Assembly: GCA_965216875.1 (NCBI GenBank) | Contig: OZ244207.1 | Span: 1,376,001 to 1,440,000, forward strand | Length of the DNA: 64,000 nucleotides | Direction: 5' to 3' | Source of the DNA: Rubripirellula sp. | Lineage (GTDB): Bacteria; Planctomycetota; Planctomycetia; Pirellulales; Pirellulaceae | Part shown: positions 59,009-64,000 of the stretch, in pieces | How positions within the stretch are numbered: the first letter of the stretch is position 1 | Layout: every line of letters starts with the position of its first letter | Translations under genes and position numbers: made by a program | The notes under the pieces: model-generated | Told to the model about the DNA's origin: nothing | Seen by the model: only the letters and a program-made list of their open reading frames with translations | Database searches by the model: none

Positions 59009-60880
59009 ATGCCGTCGCTGCGCAACCTTTCGAAATCACACCGTCACGCTGTCGCTACGCTCGCCCGAGCGTGGGTGCGATCAAAAACCGACACCCATCG
59101 AGTTTCACCGTCTGACGACGGGCGCTACGGAAAGACCAGACTGCGGTTGCTGACCTTGGCTGCCGGACTTGCCGCCAGTACGGCGTTTGCAGTCGCCCCA
59201 GCCTCGGCACAAGTTCGCACCAAAAAACCTGATCGCGGAACCTATCAATCGCCGCGCATCGAAAATCCAATGCGTCGTGAGGCGACCGCACAACCGGAGC
59301 AAAGAGAGGCCGCAGAGGATGCGCCAAAGCTTGCCGAGTTTTTGCGAGCGTCGGATCTACAGGAAAGCTCGACAAGTCGATCGGGTGTCAGGCAAGCCGC
59401 AGCGGTCGTCAAGAAGCCCAAACGCGCGCTCGTGGATGTCCCATTGACCTACGCGCCGAGCGATTCGAGTGACAAGAAAGCGGAAAGAACAACTCGTCGA
59501 ACCGCTGGAAAGCGTTCTTCAAAACTGCGCCAGGTAGCGCACCAGGACGTTCGTTTGATTTCGCCCGAGCAGTCGAAGATTGTCGATAGCGGAACGCTCG
59601 CCGCACCGATTCGCGACGAACCCATTCGAAGTGCACCGATTCAACATGAAGCTGTCGGCAGTGCGGTGACCTACGAGCCCTCGGGAGTGATTCTCGATGG
59701 AGGCTGTGATTCCTGTCTCGATTGTGACTCATGTGATTCCATGGGTTGCGATTCGATGGGCTGCTGCCAAAGTTCGTGGTGGCGTCGTTGGTCCAACGGC
59801 TCGCTTTCGATGAACCAAGATCAATGGTTCGGCAGTGTCGAGCTATTGTTGATGTGGCGAAAAGGTGATCACCTGCCACCGTTGGTGACCACCGGTCCCG
59901 ATACCGATCCCGATACTGCGGGCGAGCTTGGCCAGCCAGGTACGACGATTCTTGTTGGACCGGGCAATGCGGTTTTGAAGGACATGACTGCGGGCGGCCG
60001 ATTCACTGTGGGAACTTTCCTTGATCGGCACCAATGTCGCAGTTTGGTGTTGCGAGGCTGGTTTGCTGGCGAAGAGAAGTTTGGCTTTTCGGCCAACGAC
60101 ACCACCGTTCCAGTGATCGCACGACCCTTCTTGAATGTCAGCGACAACCAAGCGGCCGCTCAAGACACGCAACTCGTCGCGTTTCCCAATCGTGCATCGG
60201 GTTCGATCCGTGTGAACGCAACGAGCAATGTTTACGGTGGGGATCTTTCGGTCCGGCAATTCGCCTACTGCCGCTATGGGGCAACGATCGATGTCCTTTA
60301 CGGTTACCAGCACATGCGGCTCAAAGAAAACCTGTTGATCGAAGCACCGGGCACGACTTCGCTCGACGCAGGGTTCGCACCGGTCGGTTCGGTCATCGCA
60401 GTGACCGATTCGTTTCGCACCGAAAGCGAATTTCACGGAGCCCAAATCGGCATGGCATCTCGCTATCGCGAAGGATGTTGGTCGTTCAACAGTTTGCTCA
60501 AACTTGGTTTCGGTTCACTGCGTCGACAGGCGACGTTGTCGGGTTTGACCGTCACCAGCAATGGCGGCAACACCGCGGTCGACAATCAAGGTTTGCTGGT
60601 TCGCAACACAAACAGCGGCGTGACCAAAGACGACACCTTCGGCTGGATTCCCGAGCTTGACTTGTCACTCAGTTGGCAAAAATACCCATGCTTTGACCTG
60701 ACCTTTGGTTATCACATCATCGCGATGACCGATGCACTGCAGGCGTCGGGTGCGATCGACCCTAACTTGGCTGTCAACCTTTCGACTCCGCCGACCGGCC
60801 AACAGCGGCCTGCAGCCAACTTGCGGTACCGCACGTACTACGTCCAAGGCCTGCACTTCGGTTTGTCGTACATCTACTAG
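59009..60880 (+). CDS. BBP7-like planctomycete outer-membrane beta-barrel protein
   Basis: Low-complexity N-terminus, Cys-rich CDSMG repeats, ELLLMWRKG..LPPLVTT, IARPF, and an aromatic-terminal strand GLHFGLSYIY. The start is uncertain. Confidence 0.8.
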   Translation: MPSLRNLSKSHRHAVATLARAWVRSKTDTHRVSPSDDGRYGKTRLRLLTLAAGLAASTAFAVAPASAQVRTKKPDRGTYQSPRIENPMRREATAQPEQREAAEDAPKLAEFLRASDLQESSTSRSGVRQAAAVVKKPKRALVDVPLTYAPSDSSDKKAERTTRRTAGKRSSKLRQVAHQDVRLISPEQSKIVDSGTLAAPIRDEPIRSAPIQHEAVGSAVTYEPSGVILDGGCDSCLDCDSCDSMGCDSMGCCQSSWWRRWSNGSLSMNQDQWFGSVELLLMWRKGDHLPPLVTTGPDTDPDTAGELGQPGTTILVGPGNAVLKDMTAGGRFTVGTFLDRHQCRSLVLRGWFAGEEKFGFSANDTTVPVIARPFLNVSDNQAAAQDTQLVAFPNRASGSIRVNATSNVYGGDLSVRQFAYCRYGATIDVLYGYQHMRLKENLLIEAPGTTSLDAGFAPVGSVIAVTDSFRTESEFHGAQIGMASRYREGCWSFNSLLKLGFGSLRRQATLSGLTVTSNGGNTAVDNQGLLVRNTNSGVTKDDTFGWIPELDLSLSWQKYPCFDLTFGYHIIAMTDALQASGAIDPNLAVNLSTPPTGQQRPAANLRYRTYYVQGLHFGLSYIY

Positions 60881-60889
60881 CGCAATCTT

Positions 60890-61046
60890 GTAGTGGACGA
60901 GGCAACGAGTCCCCCGCGACCTGTTTATCGACGTAGCCAGGCTATTTCGACGTAGCCAGGGGGCGACGTAATCAGGGGGCGACGTATTCAGGGGGCGACG
61001 TGGTCAGGGGGCGACGTGGTCAGGGACTCGTGGCCTCGTCCACTAC
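60890..61046. repeat. GTAG-type REP inverted pair enclosing a 16-nt tandem array
   Basis: 24-nt inverted repeats at 60890-60913 and 61023-61046 (1 mismatch). CGACGTnnnCAGGGGG units start at 60948, 60964, 60980, 60996 and 61012, with a partial unit at 60929. Confidence 0.9.
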
Positions 61047-61448
61047 GAAGAATGCCGCTGACCGAACCCGCTTGCACTGTTTGTGTCCCATCAGAACGAA
61101 CCATTCCTTCGTCCTGGTGGAATCAACAGTGCGTTTTTTCGTTAGCAACCTTCTCTTTGGCACCTTCGCATCGGGTCGCTTCTGCGACAATCGAGCCGCG
61201 ATATCTTTCGGCGCCTGAAGCTAGCGGCAAGACACTCGGCGGCACGATTCCTTTTGTGCTGCGACCTTCGTGACTCATTTGTTCGAGTCGCCTTCTTCGT
61301 CTTTTCGCACGCTCATTCTGTGCGCTTTCTTCGGACCAATGTTGGTCACTGACGAACCCGAGTGACCGTTCTTCTAGATCCACACCTGCGGAACGAGCAG
61401 GGCAGTGCGCACCTGTGTGCGCGCTACGAACAATTGTTTTGAACGAAT

Positions 61449-63479
61449 ATGACCAACCTACAACAACTCCGGAACATTGGCGTCTCGGCACATATCGATG
61501 CTGGCAAGACAACCCTTACCGAACGAATGCTCTACTTCAGCGGCCGCATCCATAAGGCGGGTGAAGTTCACGACGGGAACGCAACGATGGATAGCGGCGC
61601 AATCGAGCGTCGACGTGGCATCACAATTTCGTCAGCTGCGACGCAAATCCCTTGGGACGATCACACAATCAACATCATCGACACGCCTGGCCACGTCGAC
61701 TTTACCGTCGAAGTGGAACGTTCGTTGCGCGTGCTCGATGGAGCGGTGTTGGTGCTGTGCGCCGTTGGTGGTGTGCAGAGTCAAACGCGCACCGTCGATC
61801 GACAAATGCGCCGGCATGGTGTTCCACGCATCGCGTTGATCAACAAGATGGATCGCGCCGGCGCCGACCCGGGCCGCGTTTTCGAGCAACTGCACGAGCG
61901 GTTGGGCGCCAATCCTGTTGCGATACAACTTCCGATTGGAAGGGAAGGTTCGTTCTGTGGCGTTGTCGATTTGGTCGAGATGGACGCAGTCTTTTTCGAG
62001 GGTGTCGACGGCAAAGCGGTTCGGCGAGCTGAGATTCCAGCGGAACTCTTGGACGCAGCGGAGACCGCTCGCCAGCAGATGCTTGAATCACTCGCGATGT
62101 TGGACGACTGCATCATGAAGCGTGTGCTTGAACATGAAACGCCAACCAACGAGGACGTCTACCGGGTGCTCAGTAACGCCACGATTGAGCGGCAGATCAC
62201 TCCGGTGCTTTACGCAAGTGCGTTCAAGAACATTGGCGTTCAAGCACTGCTTGATGCCGTTTGTCGATACTTGCCGCGCCCAACGAATCGAGTGATCGAG
62301 ATCGCGGATCAGGCCAGTGATCAGCAATCGGAACTTGACCCTGACTCACTTGTTGCGATGGCGTTCAAGACGACGATCGAATCGTTTGGTCAGTTGACCT
62401 ACCTGAGGCTATATCAGGGCAGGCTGTCCAAGGGAGCGACCGTTTGGTTGGCACATTCGCAGCGTAAGGTGCGGGTCGGGCGTTTGGTTCGCATGTTTGC
62501 AGATCGCCGTGAAGAGGTGGGGTCAGCGTCGGCGGGCGAGATTGTTGGGATCGTTGGATTGGATTGTCCTTCGGGCGAAACGATCACTTCCGATCCGACG
62601 ACGCTACGGCTTGAAGGGATCGTTGCCGCCGAGCCTGTGGTTCAGCGTTCCATTGTTCCTGTGGATCGCGGCGATTCAATCCGCTTGGCGAAACAGCTCG
62701 ACCGTTTTCGGCGAGATGATCCGACCTTTCGTGTGATGTCAGACCCTGAATCGGGAGAGACGCTGATCGCTGGTATGGGACAACTGCACTTAGAAGTCTA
62801 CGTCGAACGATTGCAAACTGAGTTTGGAATCAAATGCGAGACGGGGCCGCCAAGGGTTGCCTACCGGATGCGTCCGACACGCCCGGTTGAGTTTGATCAT
62901 CGACTGAAAAAGCAGTCGGGCGGATCGGGCGAGTACGCGCACTTGGTTGGAATGCTTGAACCAACGGTACAGGAAGAGGCTGATTTTGAGTTCGAAAGCC
63001 AAATCACGGGCGGTCGAATTTCGTCACGCTTCGTCCACGCCGCTTGTGACGGCTTCAAGCTGGCGTTCGAAAAAGGTCCTCGCGATGGCTATCCCGTCAC
63101 CGGAGTTCGTATCAAGCTTTGTGACGGCGGCGAACATGAAAAGGACTCTTCGGAGTTGGCGTTTCGAAAGTGTGCCGACGAAGCCGTGCGCGATGTGATT
63201 CTCCCCATGGCAAACCTCGAAGTCCTTGAGCCGGTGATGCTGGTCCGCATCGATGTGCCGGTGGACTACCAAGGTGCGGTGACGGGCCAATTGCTGCAGC
63301 TGCGTGGGACCGTTTCAACGACCGAAACGTCGGCGACGCACTGCGAAATCACTGCCGAAGTCCCGCTGGCCAACATGTTTGACTTTTCAAGTCAGCTGCG
63401 ATCGTTGACCAAGGGCGAGGGAGACTTTTCGATGCAGCCACATGTTTATCGGCCTTGTCCGCGAGAGCATGTGCGCTAG
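61449..63479 (+). CDS. fusA: elongation factor G paralog
   Basis: Motifs RNIGVSAHIDAGKTT, RGITI, DTPGHVDF, NKMD, GMGQLHLE, KQSGGSG, LEPVM. No rpsL/rpsG/tuf neighbours. Confidence 0.9.
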   Translation: MTNLQQLRNIGVSAHIDAGKTTLTERMLYFSGRIHKAGEVHDGNATMDSGAIERRRGITISSAATQIPWDDHTINIIDTPGHVDFTVEVERSLRVLDGAVLVLCAVGGVQSQTRTVDRQMRRHGVPRIALINKMDRAGADPGRVFEQLHERLGANPVAIQLPIGREGSFCGVVDLVEMDAVFFEGVDGKAVRRAEIPAELLDAAETARQQMLESLAMLDDCIMKRVLEHETPTNEDVYRVLSNATIERQITPVLYASAFKNIGVQALLDAVCRYLPRPTNRVIEIADQASDQQSELDPDSLVAMAFKTTIESFGQLTYLRLYQGRLSKGATVWLAHSQRKVRVGRLVRMFADRREEVGSASAGEIVGIVGLDCPSGETITSDPTTLRLEGIVAAEPVVQRSIVPVDRGDSIRLAKQLDRFRRDDPTFRVMSDPESGETLIAGMGQLHLEVYVERLQTEFGIKCETGPPRVAYRMRPTRPVEFDHRLKKQSGGSGEYAHLVGMLEPTVQEEADFEFESQITGGRISSRFVHAACDGFKLAFEKGPRDGYPVTGVRIKLCDGGEHEKDSSELAFRKCADEAVRDVILPMANLEVLEPVMLVRIDVPVDYQGAVTGQLLQLRGTVSTTETSATHCEITAEVPLANMFDFSSQLRSLTKGEGDFSMQPHVYRPCPREHVR

Positions 63480-63617
63480 CGGACGTCATCGCCATTTGAC
63501 CTTGCTTCGGCTCACGTGGTCGGAGCAAGGTTTTTTCATTCACATTTGCACGGCGTCGGCGCGTTGGAGCCGCTCTGATATTCTCGATGCGCACTTCTCT
63601 CTGTTCTGCGAAATCCA

Positions 63618-64000
63618 ATGGCTGACGAAACTTCAATCGAATCACTCGACCGACGGCATTTGCTGCATCCCTATTCATCGTTGACCGCGGGCGATCAGGT
63701 TCATGTGGTCGAACATGCGGAAGGCGTGCGTTTGCATTTGAGCAACGGCCGCGTGATCGTTGATGGGATGTCCTCGTGGTGGGCGGCAATTCATGGCTAC
63801 AACCATCCTCGACTGCGTCAGGCTGCACTGGACCAATTAAATGATTTTTCGCACGTCATGTTTGGTGGCCTGACGCATCAGCCTGCCGCGCGTCTCGGGC
63901 AACAATTGCTCGAAGTTGCCGACCCATCACTGGAAGTGATTTTCTATTGCGATTCCGGTTCGGTCAGTGTCGAAGTTGCGGTGAAGATGGCACTGCAATA
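63618..64000 (+). CDS. bioA: adenosylmethionine-8-amino-7-oxononanoate aminotransferase, 3'-truncated (absent from ORF track)
   Basis: Manual translation gives MADETSIESLDRRHLLHPYS...DGMSSWWAAIHGYNHP...SHVMFGG...DSGSVSVEVAVKMALQ. Confidence 0.93.
   Translation, partial: MADETSIESLDRRHLLHPYSSLTAGDQVHVVEHAEGVRLHLSNGRVIVDGMSSWWAAIHGYNHPRLRQAALDQLNDFSHVMFGGLTHQPAARLGQQLLEVADPSLEVIFYCDSGSVSVEVAVKMALQ

Noticed and set aside
59695..59770. Cys-rich CDSCLDCDSCDSMGCDSMGCC as a metal cluster or RiPP core
   Set aside because: Such low-complexity Cys linkers are common in planctomycete exported and beta-barrel proteins, and no maturase is nearby.
60929..61025. Possible CRISPR array
   Set aside because: The units are 16-nt head-to-tail repeats with no unique spacers, and there are no cas genes.
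1..64000. tRNA (including tRNA-Sec), rRNA, sel genes, transposases, integrases
   Set aside because: None were recognisable by eye in this window. The Sec machinery, if present, must lie elsewhere.

Overview
A 64 kb GC-rich, gene-dense bacterial chromosomal segment. Its gene content (DUF1559, DUF1501, PSD1/DUF1549-DUF1553 cytochrome, PVC-type heme proteins, BBP7-like beta-barrel, LExRxLL-motif exoprotein) points to a planctomycete, probably Pirellulaceae. About 45 CDS mix housekeeping genes (hemL, pdxJ, cinA, an EF-G paralog, partial bioA) with many exported enzymes and hypothetical proteins. Intergenic regions carry several REP/REPIN-like palindrome families. I saw no rRNA, tRNA, CRISPR array or transposase. 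The main cryptic feature is that two apparent ORFs (10416-10745 and 9630-10256, minus strand) are one reading frame interrupted by a single in-frame TGA. The TGA sits at the redox-site position of a signal-peptide-bearing thioredoxin-like protein (C-x7-U-P-G) and is followed by a hairpin closely resembling a bacterial SECIS, making this a candidate exported selenoprotein. Other candidates are a double GxxExxY nuclease-like gene bracketed by inverted 15-nt tandem repeats, a CBS-HEPN fusion, a 1120-aa Asp/Tyr/Thr/Gly-rich exoprotein next to glycosyltransferase and YkgJ genes, a stand-alone mini-secretin-like protein, and a REPIN enclosing a 16-nt tandem array. All calls come from reading motifs by eye; no searches were run.
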